A stretch of DNA of 55,905 nucleotides from an uncultured Clostridia bacterium (lineage in GTDB: Bacteria > Bacillota > Clostridia > Oscillospirales > Ruminococcaceae), in contig CANCXY010000001.1 in NCBI GenBank assembly GCA_947381875.1, positions 1 to 55,905 of the forward strand. The letters run 5' to 3'. The notes under the pieces are model-generated. The model did not search any database, was not told where the DNA came from, and saw nothing but the letters and a program-made list of their open reading frames with translations. The position numbers were made by a program, and so were the translations under genes. Of the stretch, positions 47,063-55,905 are shown piece by piece (the stretch's first letter is position 1; each line of letters opens with the position of its first letter).

Positions 47063-47830
47063 TCAGGATGAGGCGTCGGGGTTCTGCATGCGCATGAGTT
47101 CGCGCAGGTTGCCGAGCTGGGTGGCGATGGAGGCGTCTGTTACGCCGGTGGAGGTCTGCACCACGCAGGTGCCTTTGGGGGCCTCGACGGCGGAAAGCTC
47201 AATTTGGCGCTTTTCCAGGTACTCGGCATAGTCCTCCTGAAGGAACTGCACGAGGCCCGGCAGCTCCTCCGATACCTCTATCGTGATCCAGTCGTCGGTG
47301 CGGACGGAACCTACCGCTTGCAGGAGGAGATCGGCCATTTCTTTGGGATCCATTTCTATTTTATGAGCCATGATCTTTTCCGCTACGCTCAGGGAAAGTT
47401 CCTCTAATTCGCGGTTGTAATCGGCAAAGAAACGCTGCTGACGTTCGGACATCTCCTTCAATATCTGGTCGACGCGCGTCAGGCGCTGGGCTATTTGCTC
47501 CGATTTCTGGCTCAGCGCCGTGTTGTAGCCCTCCTGCTGCGCCGCCGTGCGCATAGCTTCGGCCTTTTCCTGCGCGGCACGGGTGATTTTCTCCGCCTCG
47601 GCGTTCGCGGTGCGCAGGATGCGGTGGGAAAGCTCCTCCGATTCCTGCCGCGCGGCCTCGCGGGCTTCGGCGGCTTCCTTGTCCTCCCTCGCCCAGCGGG
47701 CCTTGCGCGCCGCTTCCTCCCGCTGGATGGCGTCTTCCTCGTCGTTGTGCGGCTTGGGGTGGTCCTCTGGTGTGACGCGGAACACATCGTCAGGAGGGGC
47801 AAAGACGACCTTTCTGTACAACGTGTTCAA
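47063..47830 (-). CDS. fliH: Flagellar assembly protein FliH
   Basis: A/E/K coiled coil with AQQEGY; C-terminal GTCVVQTSTGVTDASIATQL. Confidence 0.88.
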   Translation of the reverse strand: MNTLYRKVVFAPPDDVFRVTPEDHPKPHNDEEDAIQREEAARKARWAREDKEAAEAREAARQESEELSHRILRTANAEAEKITRAAQEKAEAMRTAAQQEGYNTALSQKSEQIAQRLTRVDQILKEMSERQQRFFADYNRELEELSLSVAEKIMAHKIEMDPKEMADLLLQAVGSVRTDDWITIEVSEELPGLVQFLQEDYAEYLEKRQIELSAVEAPKGTCVVQTSTGVTDASIATQLGNLRELMRMQNPDASS

Positions 47831-48840
47831 ACGATGGCGTCCTCCTCTCCTCTTGCGATGACGAGCTGGCCTTCCGATTCGAGGCGCGTGATGGTCTCGA
47901 CAATCTTCTGCTGCGCTTCTTCCACGTCGCGCATGCGCACGTTGTTGAGGTACTTGATGTCCTGCTGGATCGTATCGCGCATACGGGACGACATGTTGCG
48001 GAAGATGCTGTCCTTGACGTCGTCGTTCGTGGCCTTGAGCGCGATCGCCAGATCCTTGCTGTCCACCTCGCGGATGAAGCGCTGGATGGCGAAATCGTCG
48101 AGCTTCGTAACGTCCTCGAACACGAACATGAGCTTGTGTACTTCCTCCGCCAGCGCGGGGTTGCGTTCTTCCAAACGCTCGAAAATGTATTTCTCCGTCG
48201 CGCGGTCCACGCGGTTGACAATCTCCGCCACATACGGCACGCCGCCAACCTCGATCTGCTCCGCGGACGCCATGTTGGCAAACCGCTTGCTCAATGTGTC
48301 CTCCACAATGCTGATCATTTCCGGGGACACGCTGTCCAGGTTCGCGATGCGCTCCACCACGTCAATCTGCTTTTCACGCGGCAGCTCTACAATAATCTGC
48401 GCCGCCTGGTCGCTGCGGGCATAGGAGAGGACCAGCGCGATGGTCTGCGGGTGTTCGGGCTGCAGCATCATTTGCAGGCTGCGGTAATCGGCCTTGCGCA
48501 CGAAATCGAACGCGCGGGTCTGGAGCGATTTGGACATACGCTCCATGTAGTCCGCCGCCTGCTGCGGGCCGAACGCCTTTTCCAACACGTCCTTCGCGTA
48601 CAGCACGCCGCCTTCATTGATTACCTTCTGCGTGACGCACAGGCCGTAGAAGTCCTCGATGTTGCTCTGCATCTCCTCAGGGGTGATGCGGTCCAGCTTT
48701 GCAATCTCCAGCGAAAGCTGTTCTACCTCCTCATCGCGCAGGTACTGGTAGACTTTGGAGGCGCGCTCCGCGCCAAGGGTAATCATGATAGACGCGGCGC
48801 GCTGCGCGGGCGTGAGCTTTTTTGAGGTGGATGATGCCAT
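47827..48840 (-). CDS. fliG: Flagellar motor switch protein
   Basis: EGGVLYAKDVLEKAFG, EHPQTIALVLSY, MFVFED, IFRNMSSR, VEEAQQKIV. Confidence 0.97.
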   Translation of the reverse strand: MASSTSKKLTPAQRAASIMITLGAERASKVYQYLRDEEVEQLSLEIAKLDRITPEEMQSNIEDFYGLCVTQKVINEGGVLYAKDVLEKAFGPQQAADYMERMSKSLQTRAFDFVRKADYRSLQMMLQPEHPQTIALVLSYARSDQAAQIIVELPREKQIDVVERIANLDSVSPEMISIVEDTLSKRFANMASAEQIEVGGVPYVAEIVNRVDRATEKYIFERLEERNPALAEEVHKLMFVFEDVTKLDDFAIQRFIREVDSKDLAIALKATNDDVKDSIFRNMSSRMRDTIQQDIKYLNNVRMRDVEEAQQKIVETITRLESEGQLVIARGEEDAIV

Positions 48841-50446
48841 TTACTTCTCCTCCCTCATCATCGCGCGGATGAGCGAAGCCGTAACCTCCGGGTTCTCCTC
48901 GGCAAAATTGCGTACTTCTTCGGCGATGGCGTTCTCCTCCGGCTTGCGCACGGTTGCCATGGCCTCATCCTGGATCTTCTTCTTGTGTTCCTCAATGGCG
49001 CGGTCCATCTCGGCGCGCTGGGCAAGCGCCGCCTGCTCCATCGCGCGCTGTTCGGCGTCTGCCTTGCGTTTCTTGCGGCCGCTGAGCAGTACGATCAGGA
49101 TAATAATGATGATCAGCAGGAGCAGCAGGCCCGCAGCAATCAGGAGGATCAGGCGCTGGCGCTGTGTCAGGCGGGCAAAGAATCCGCCGCTCGGCTCCGT
49201 CGGCTCATCCGGTTCCAGAGGCTCGTCGCCCTGGCCGCCCAGTGCGATGTTCGTTACCATCACGTCGTCGTCGTCCAGGTTCAAGCCGTTGGCTACAAGC
49301 CGTTCCAGCGTATCCTGCTTCTGGTTGGTGAACGCGCTGTCGGGCACCACCACCGAAATGGTGGCGGCACTCAGGCTGGGGTTCGTCTCCATCTGCGTGA
49401 GGATATAGCTGTTGTCGTAATCAATAATCTGGTTATAATCGGAAGTGGTGGTGGGGCCGTCGTCGTTGTCGAAGGGGTACTGCGGCACGTCGGTGTTGTT
49501 CTCCTCGCCCACAAGGCCGCCTACGGCGTCGGTGCCGGTGCGCGTCCATCCTTCCTCGTAGTGGCGCCGCACGCCGCCGCCGTCGCCGCCCTCCAGCGCC
49601 TGGTACTGCTTTGTCTCGGTGATGAGCTTGTCAAAATTCAGCTTCACCGTGGCGACAGCCGTCACGCCTTCTGGATAGATTGGGCGCAGCAGGTCGCGTA
49701 CCTTCTTCTCCAGCCGGGAGGCATATTCTTCCTCCAACTGAAGGATGCGGGCCTGCGTATCGGTGGCGGTCTGGTCTTCCACGCCCGACAGCTCCACGCC
49801 CGTGGCGGCGTCGATGACCGCGACATCCTCCATCGCCAGCTTCGGTACCGTCGTCGCGGCCAGGTGCTTGATGGCGGAAACGCGTTCGGGGGTAAGCTCC
49901 GCGTCCCTCTCCATCATAATACTAACACTGGCCCCAGAGATAATTACTTGTTTCCGGCACATTAAATGTTACAACTGCGTCTTCTACACCCGCCTGGCGC
50001 TTCAGTGTATCCTGCATGCGGTTCTGCGCCTGCTGCACAAGAGCCTGGCGCTGCTGGAACTCCGTGGCGGTGAAGCCGGATGCGGAATTAAAGATGTCAT
50101 AGGTAAGCGTCGTGCGGGGATAGCCGCGGCTGTTCAGCTCAAAGACAAGCGCTTCCCACTGGTCGGTGGGCACCAGGACGTGCTGGTTCGCGTCGATCTG
50201 CGGGTTCGCGCCCATCTGCTGTAACGTCGAATAGACCTCCGCCGCTTCGCCGGAAGTCATGCCTGGAAATATCTCCTGATAGCCGCCGCTCTGGCGGTTC
50301 AGCAGGATGGTGCCGATGATCGCCGTTCCGAGTACAACAAAAACAGCCAGCAGGACGGCCACACGCGTGCGCTTTGCCAGCGTGAGCCACTTTTCCCCCT
50401 GCTTGCGGAACCATTCTGTGATTCTTTTTGTATCAAATTTTTTCAT
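48841..50446 (-). pseudogene. fliF: Flagellar M-ring protein, frameshifted near 49935
   Basis: 5' frame ..AVVTFNVPETSNYLW, then FliF continues in another frame ASVSIMM..LTPERVSAIKHL..; total length 1606 nt (3n+1). Confidence 0.85.
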
Positions 50447-50622
50447 TCGTTACCGCTTTCCCATCCATTTTACACCTGTGCCCTTCCCCGCACGCCGCAA
50501 GGGGAGTCGGGGCCGCAGGGATATTTCCTTGCGCTTTTCCGCCTGCCGGGCAGAGAGACACAAAAAGATACCCCGTTTGGGCCGCTCCCGCCGCAGGCGC
50601 ACACGGGGCCGGCATAGAGACA

Positions 50623-50934
50623 TCAGATCTGCATCTGTAAAACTTCCTTGTAGGCGCTTACCGCACGGGAGGCTAACTGTACCGTCATTTCAACAGCGGT
50701 CTGCTGCATGGCGGAATGAATGGAAAGCTCGTATAGTTCTGAAATGTTGCCAGTGGCGAGGTCATATGTATCCTGTATCGTTGTATCCTGTACGCTGGAC
50801 AGCTCCTGCACGGCCTGGTTCAGGAGCTGGCGGAAAGGAATGCCAGCTTTGCTGTCCGCAGTGGAGGTCTGTGCTGTCTCGATGCTCTGGAGCGGCTGAA
50901 GACCCTCCAGCCCGCCCAAAGGAACAATGTACAT
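50623..50934 (-). CDS. fliE: Flagellar hook-basal body protein
   Basis: FRQLLNQAV, LATG, RAVSAYKEVLQMQI; AAGGAG RBS before ATG 50934. Confidence 0.93.
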   Translation of the reverse strand: MYIVPLGGLEGLQPLQSIETAQTSTADSKAGIPFRQLLNQAVQELSSVQDTTIQDTYDLATGNISELYELSIHSAMQQTAVEMTVQLASRAVSAYKEVLQMQI

Positions 50935-51179
50935 TTTCTTCACTCCTTCGATGGTATTCCCCACATATCCTTTGTTTTCTCATATATTTTACACAAAAAG
51001 ACCTGAAAAGTAAAGTCAATGGAAAGAATTTGTACGCTTCACACAAAATATTATGAATACGGCCCATTGTTTATGTCTGAATCGGGCCGAATGTGTACAT
51101 AATGCACAAATGCCATGCCATTCTGGCAATAGTTTTTCAGATATACGCCTAAAGGAACTTTTTTTACGCCCAAAAGCGG

Positions 51180-51659
51180 TCAGTAATCCGTTGCCTGGCG
51201 TTCGGCCTTGCCACCGCTCATATATTCGCGCTTGCATTGATAGTACAGTTTTTCCACCTGTTCCACATATTCCAGCCCGAAGAAAGACGGAACAAGATAG
51301 GCAAAGATATAGTCCATATCCTCGCCGCGCCCTATAGCCATCATCACTTCCGCGATCAGTACGCTGCGGAAGAAAGCACTGTTCGTCATATTGCTGGAAT
51401 TGAAAATAAGGTTATACAGCACATCCTCAATGCTCTCCATATCGGCGGATTCGACAATCAGCCCGGCGGCGCGGCGCAGGAACTTATCCCGGTAGCGCAT
51501 GGTGTCGTGAATCATATCGTCCAGTTTCAGCAGCCCGAAATCCCGGACGGTAAAGCCGATAAAAATGAGGTCGCGCACAATAGGCAGGCAGTTCAGTTTT
51601 TCATCGCGGGTACACTGCATATGCTGGGTGTAATAATCCGATGTCATCACAACCTTCAC
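51180..51659 (-). CDS. Soluble protein resembling the MotA cytoplasmic domain without TM helices
   Basis: VRDFGLLKLD..DKFLRRAAGLIVESADMESIEDVL aligns by eye with this window's MotA ARSNGLLSLE..DEFLKNGMMLVVDAVDAEKVKEIL; GTG 51659 with GGAGG. Confidence 0.65.
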   Translation of the reverse strand: MKVVMTSDYYTQHMQCTRDEKLNCLPIVRDLIFIGFTVRDFGLLKLDDMIHDTMRYRDKFLRRAAGLIVESADMESIEDVLYNLIFNSSNMTNSAFFRSVLIAEVMMAIGRGEDMDYIFAYLVPSFFGLEYVEQVEKLYYQCKREYMSGGKAERQATDY

Positions 51660-51695
51660 ACTGCCCCGCCTCCTCTCTCTTTCCAACGTTCCCGC

Positions 51696-51727
51696 GTTTT
51701 TCTCCCCGCCAGCGGCAGGGAGAAAAC
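51696..51727. repeat. Family B short palindrome
   Basis: GTTTTTCTCCCCGCC-AGC-GGCAGGGAGAAAAC. Confidence 0.7.
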
Positions 51728-51731
51728 ATGT

Positions 51732-52184
51732 TTACTTGCCTATTTCCAGGCTGCGAAGGGCAAGCTGTTTTACGATGTTCAGGGCTGTAAGGTTCGCCTG
51801 GTAGGCATTGGACGCGGCCATCAGGTCGATGCGCTCCTCTGTTGTATTGACATTGGGGTACATGACATAGCCCTCGTCGTTCGCGTCGGGGTGGTCGGGG
51901 TCGTAGACAGGGATAAAGTCGCGCTCGCTCTCTACTACTTCCGTGACGCGGACGCCGCCGCCCGTCGTCTCGCGGCGCTTCTTTCTCAGCATGCCGCCAA
52001 AATCGACGCCTTGCTCCTGAAATACCACCTGCTGGCGGCGGTAGGGTTCGGGGTCTGCCCCTTCGGGGGTCTCGGCGGTGCGCGTGGTGCGGGCATGGGC
52101 GATGTTTTGCAGCGCAATGTCCATGCGCAGGCGCTCGGCGGTGAGGGCGGAACCGGTGATGTTCATGGAACTCAAAAGGGACAT
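51732..52184 (-). CDS. flgC: Flagellar basal-body rod protein
   Basis: SALTAERLRMDI..NIA, PYRRQ, YDPDHPDA..GYVMYPNVN, AYQANL. Confidence 0.96.
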   Translation of the reverse strand: MSLLSSMNITGSALTAERLRMDIALQNIAHARTTRTAETPEGADPEPYRRQQVVFQEQGVDFGGMLRKKRRETTGGGVRVTEVVESERDFIPVYDPDHPDANDEGYVMYPNVNTTEERIDLMAASNAYQANLTALNIVKQLALRSLEIGK

Positions 52185-52390
52185 GGCATTTACCTCCTGT
52201 TATCTTCCCCGCCCGGCTGGCTAAAGCACAGGCGATACTGCGGAAACCCGTTTTTGCGATTTTCCACATCGGGCAGCAATAAAGTCTGTTGTTTCCCCCG
52301 CCGGAAGCGGGGAAAATGGCTGAACCGCCTTTCCCGGACGGCATGGGCAAGGCTGGACATGTGCTTCACGCATGCCCAGCCGCCCGGTGT

Positions 52391-52747
52391 TTATTTTGTA
52401 AACTGATTGAACGCATAGCGCAGGTTGGAGAACTGGTCACCGATCTTGTTATACATGGCAAGCTGTTGTACATAGTTTTCGTACAGAGCCAGGCTCTCCT
52501 TGTCGGGGTCGACGGTGTTTTCGTCGGGGCGCATGGGGTTGTTGTCCTCATAGACGGTGGCTTGTAGGTGGTACGCGCCGTTCTTGCCCCGGCGGGTGTT
52601 CGCAAGGATATCCTGGAACTCTACGCTTTTCGCCTTGAAACCGGGGGTGTCGGCGTTGGCCAAGTTGTGCAGGATGAGCTTCTGTTCCATGTTCAGCGCG
52701 TCAAGGCCGCTTTGCAGCATGGTGATGGTTGAGTCGTTCCACAGCAT
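52391..52747 (-). CDS. flgB: Flagellar basal-body rod protein
   Basis: GLDAL..Q..I.HNLANADTPGFKAK, RPDENTVD; GGAGG RBS before ATG 52747. Confidence 0.93.
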   Translation of the reverse strand: MLWNDSTITMLQSGLDALNMEQKLILHNLANADTPGFKAKSVEFQDILANTRRGKNGAYHLQATVYEDNNPMRPDENTVDPDKESLALYENYVQQLAMYNKIGDQFSNLRYAFNQFTK

Positions 52748-52773
52748 GTTTTCCTTTTCCTCCATTGTTCCGT

Positions 52774-52802
52774 GTATTTCCCCACGAAGGGCGGGAAAAT
52801 AC
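52774..52802. repeat. Family B short palindrome between srtB and flgB
   Basis: GTATTTCCCCAC-GAA-GGGCGGGAAAATAC. Confidence 0.6.
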
Positions 52803-52807
52803 TTGAA

Positions 52808-53632
52808 TTACTCCTGGTAACGGTTTTCCGGGCGCTCCACAAGGTCCAGCGGCGTTTCCGGCATTTCCTCGTCCGGCAGCAGCTTCGCCATTACCACAAA
52901 ACGGTGGTTGTCGTCGCCAAAGAGCGTGGTGCAGGTGGAGAGCGTGAGGAGCTTGTCAGTTGCCTCTACAGGGACATTGTAATCGTAAATGGAATGTTCC
53001 AGCGCCGTGTTCACAATCGCCATTTTTTCCTCATCCGTGATATTCACGTCTGTATAATTAAAATAGGTGTGCGTGTAGAACACAGCGAAAACCTGCCACA
53101 ACATGGGGTCGTCCATTGTGCAGAACTGGATGCAGGGGGTGGCGGCGGCGAACTCCGGGTCAAGGAATTTGTAAAGCTGCGCGAAGCGCCGCCCGTCGGG
53201 GTCGTCGGTCACATCGTTGTGGCCGTAAATGATGGTGTTCTGCGAAAGCACGTCGCGCTTGCCGATGGAGCATTCATAATCGGCGAAGTAACAGCCGTAT
53301 ACGTCGTACTGGCGGCGTTCATTTTTGCGCAGGTAGTCGACGTTATCGAAGGATTGCAGCACGCTGTTGTTGATGTCTGTCCCCTCGATTTTCAGCCAGG
53401 CGGCGGTATCCGGGTTTTGGAGTATCTCGTATTCTAGAAGCTCCTGTATCTCGGTGAAATCGGCAGCCTGTTTTTTTACGTCTATGGCGGCCTGCGCTGT
53501 GCTTTTGCTTGCGGAGGATGATTCGGCGGGCGGTTCCTCTGCGAGGAAGTCCGGGTTGGAGAGTAGCAGGAACGCGCCCCCGCCAATCAGCCCAATCACC
53601 AGCAGCACAAGGAGCGCTGCAAGTATCTTCAT
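52808..53632 (-). CDS. srtB: Class B sortase
   Basis: N-terminal TM; NPDTAAWLKI, NTIIYGHN, LLTLSTC, HRFVV (His/Cys/Arg triad). Confidence 0.93.
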   Translation of the reverse strand: MKILAALLVLLVIGLIGGGAFLLLSNPDFLAEEPPAESSSASKSTAQAAIDVKKQAADFTEIQELLEYEILQNPDTAAWLKIEGTDINNSVLQSFDNVDYLRKNERRQYDVYGCYFADYECSIGKRDVLSQNTIIYGHNDVTDDPDGRRFAQLYKFLDPEFAAATPCIQFCTMDDPMLWQVFAVFYTHTYFNYTDVNITDEEKMAIVNTALEHSIYDYNVPVEATDKLLTLSTCTTLFGDDNHRFVVMAKLLPDEEMPETPLDLVERPENRYQE

Positions 53633-55861
53633 GGAATCACCTTCCGGGATTTCTGCTCCGCCAGCGTGGCCGGGTTCAGCTTGCCGGAGCTGGATGTGGG
53701 CGAACCGCCCGTGCCGCCGTTGCTGCCGCCCGCCGCGTTATTTGTCGCGGCCCCGGCTATGGCGGACTGGATAAAGGAAATGTTGCCCTCCTGGTTCTCC
53801 GCGCCTACGATAGAATGAACGCGCGAGACAACGTAAGTGGAGAAGTGGTCGATGGCCACGGCAAAGGTGCCCTTGGCGTTGGGCTGCACAACACCGTAGT
53901 AGTCGGTGCGGTCGCGCTCCTCATTATAATAGTGCCAGAACAGGTTCTGCGCACCGTAGCGGTTGCTGAGCGAAAGGTTCAGCGTCGCGGGGCCGGGCAG
54001 GTCGCCGTGGTAATCGAAGTAAATCAGCACAAGTTCGCTGAGGATATCGTCGTTTTCCGGCCACTGCTCCGCGAAGCGGTACACGTCCTCGGCGTTCGGC
54101 GAGGAGAACGACATGCTGAAATCATAAATTTGCCGCTGCGGGATGATGGTATCCAGCGTGGCCGCGTTAAAGGTGAGTGAATAGTCGACGCCCTGTAAGA
54201 CAAGGGTCTTTTCGGGGTACTTGTCGCGCAGCTCGGTGAATACGTCGGCCTGGATACGCGGGTATTCCACAAGGGATATCGTGATGGGATTGCCCGCCTT
54301 GGTAAAGTCGATATCCGCGGCTTTGAGCGGCGTAAGGTTTTTGAGGGAGTCCTCCTTGTTGCGGTAGACCTTGATGTTGTATTCCTTCGTCACGGTCTTA
54401 TCGGGCGATGTGACCTGGATTTTAATATCATTTTGGCCGTCTTTCAGCGCCATAGCGAAGTTGCCGTGGAAATCGCCCAGTTCGCGGCTGCCGGAAAGCA
54501 CTTTCATTTCCGCCATCGGGTCATCCGGTTCGGGAATGATATTGATGGAGTATACGTCCTCCTTGACAGCCAATTCATACTCCACAACGGCGGGCTGGAA
54601 TTTCGGCGTGAGCAGGCCGGTGGAGAAGGTGAGCGATTTCAGATCCGCGTTGCTGGATTTCTCCACAAGGTTCTGGTTGAATACGTCGATGGAATAAGTC
54701 ATCGTCGTCTCGCCGTCCTGGGCGGTCACTTCGATAATGACATACTGGTGTTCTTCCAAAATGTCAATGGGCTGGCTGGCCGTGCCACTGGCGACGACCT
54801 CTCCGTCCACGCGGATGGTGGCGTTGGGGTCCTTCGCGGTGGGAGTTACGATAATTGCGTTCTGTCCCTCGGCCATTGTGCCGGTGTACTGTGTGACAGT
54901 GGGTTTGAAGATGGGGTCAAGGCCATCCTCGGTGACGTTTGTCGCCGTCAGGTTTTTGAGCAACGCGTCCTTACTGGGCTTTTCGCGGTCGATCTCAAGG
55001 ACATAGGACTTGCTGGTGCGGTTATCTTCCGCGATTGCGGTGATGGTAAAGGTGCGCGGGTTGCCTGGCTCGTTCAAGTCATACCGTTTGGAAAGCTCGC
55101 CCGAAGTGAGGGTATCGCGCGGGTCTCCTAAGAGGTTGCCCAGTGTGTCGCTGAGGTTATGGAGCGGGTTGCCGCTGTCTTTCAGCTTGATATGGCCGTT
55201 CGGGTCGCTCAGCGTAGGCTGGAATTTCACATAGCGCGTATCGAACGGGAGCGTGATCTTGTAATTTGTCTCGTCGCGGTGGAACTGGAAATAGGTTTCG
55301 GTGATCGGTGTGTCGTCGCCGTCGGTCAGTACCAGGCTTACAAGGTCGGAATCGTCGCGGGCGGGGCTGCGTTCGATCTCAAAACTGTAGGTTTTAGTGG
55401 TCTTGCCATCCTCCGCCGTTACCGTGATGACAACCCTATTATACATAAAGGTGTCACTGTGCGGCTGCAATGTGAACGCGTCGGAAGGAACCTGATAGTT
55501 TTTAATCTCAAACGGTTTGGAACTGTTCACGCTGACCTCGATCTTGGAAACTTTGGGGTCGGCGGGCGTTACCTGCAAACGGATACGCTCTGTGGTATAA
55601 GGCAATGCGTTTGTCTCCGTCATGCGGTAAGGACCGGGGTTGTTTGCACCAAAGGCCGGGGTGTACGGCAGCGCGGCGGGCGTTGCGTTGGTATCGGCGG
55701 CATTGGATACCTGGATATTTGTCAAAGACGCTTCCTCGCTGGGCGGGGCGAATTTGAAGAACACGCGGTAGACAACGTCCTTGGCCTCCACCTTGTTTGT
55801 CACGTCTGCCTCAGATTTTACCGTGACGGTCAGGCACGGAAGCTGTGCGCCTACATACCCT
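53629..55861 (-). CDS. Cadherin-like beta-sandwich repeat surface protein (5' truncated at contig end)
   Basis: Repeated S.DA.L.SL..L.P.F..V.AED..T.TY.I.I.R modules; C-terminal IDHFSTYV domain, G/S/T linker and LNPAT. Confidence 0.85.
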
Positions 55862-55905
55862 AGATCGGAAGAGCACACGTCTGAACTCCAGTCACGCACG
55901 GACAT
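55862..55905 (+). other. Illumina TruSeq adapter read-through with i7 index (assembly artefact)
   Basis: Exact AGATCGGAAGAGCACACGTCTGAACTCCAGTCAC, then 8 nt GCACGGAC, then AT. Confidence 0.98.

Noticed and set aside
49922..49962. Programmed frameshift or phase-variable tract in fliF
   Set aside because: Only a 4-G run at the junction, with no slippery heptamer or long SSR; a deletion or error fits better
51105..51121. Sigma-54 promoter TGGCATGGCATTTGT on the minus strand
   Set aside because: The conserved -12 GC is GT and no enhancer-binding protein is in the window
1..55905. Transposase, integrase, prophage, rRNA or tRNA genes
   Set aside because: None recognisable by eye; any mobiliser of the repeats must lie outside the window

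Overview
High-GC Firmicute chromosomal segment; gene content suggests Clostridia, probably Oscillospiraceae (inference). 1-25.2 kb holds housekeeping and accessory genes: GNAT, a stop-interrupted SAM methyltransferase, flavodoxin-like protein, ispE, DUF362 Fe-S protein, aminotransferase with Lrp, ACT with DUF711, Mrp ATPase, mscL, AraC, a T-box-controlled (probably Trp) ABC importer, two-subunit fumarase and malic enzyme. It also holds a lower-GC module of an XRE/RRNPP-like regulator, a secreted Cys/His-rich protein and a MacB/FtsX-type ABC system. 25.5-52.7 kb is a minus-strand flagellar/chemotaxis cluster (flgB to cheD) with fliF frameshifted and fliI broken by an in-frame TAA; a class B sortase and a cadherin-like surface protein lie upstream of it. 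Most notable: (i) a soluble protein between flgC and fliE that looks like the MotA cytoplasmic torque domain with its transmembrane helices removed; (ii) two dispersed palindromic repeat families (about 10 and 15 copies), one with compensatory changes and a nested insert; (iii) the regulator/secreted protein/ABC module; (iv) a candidate three-way-junction RNA in front of flgE; (v) an unannotated orphan DinJ/RelB-like C-terminal peptide with its own promoter and operator. The last 44 nt are Illumina adapter contamination. All calls are by eye; no searches were run.
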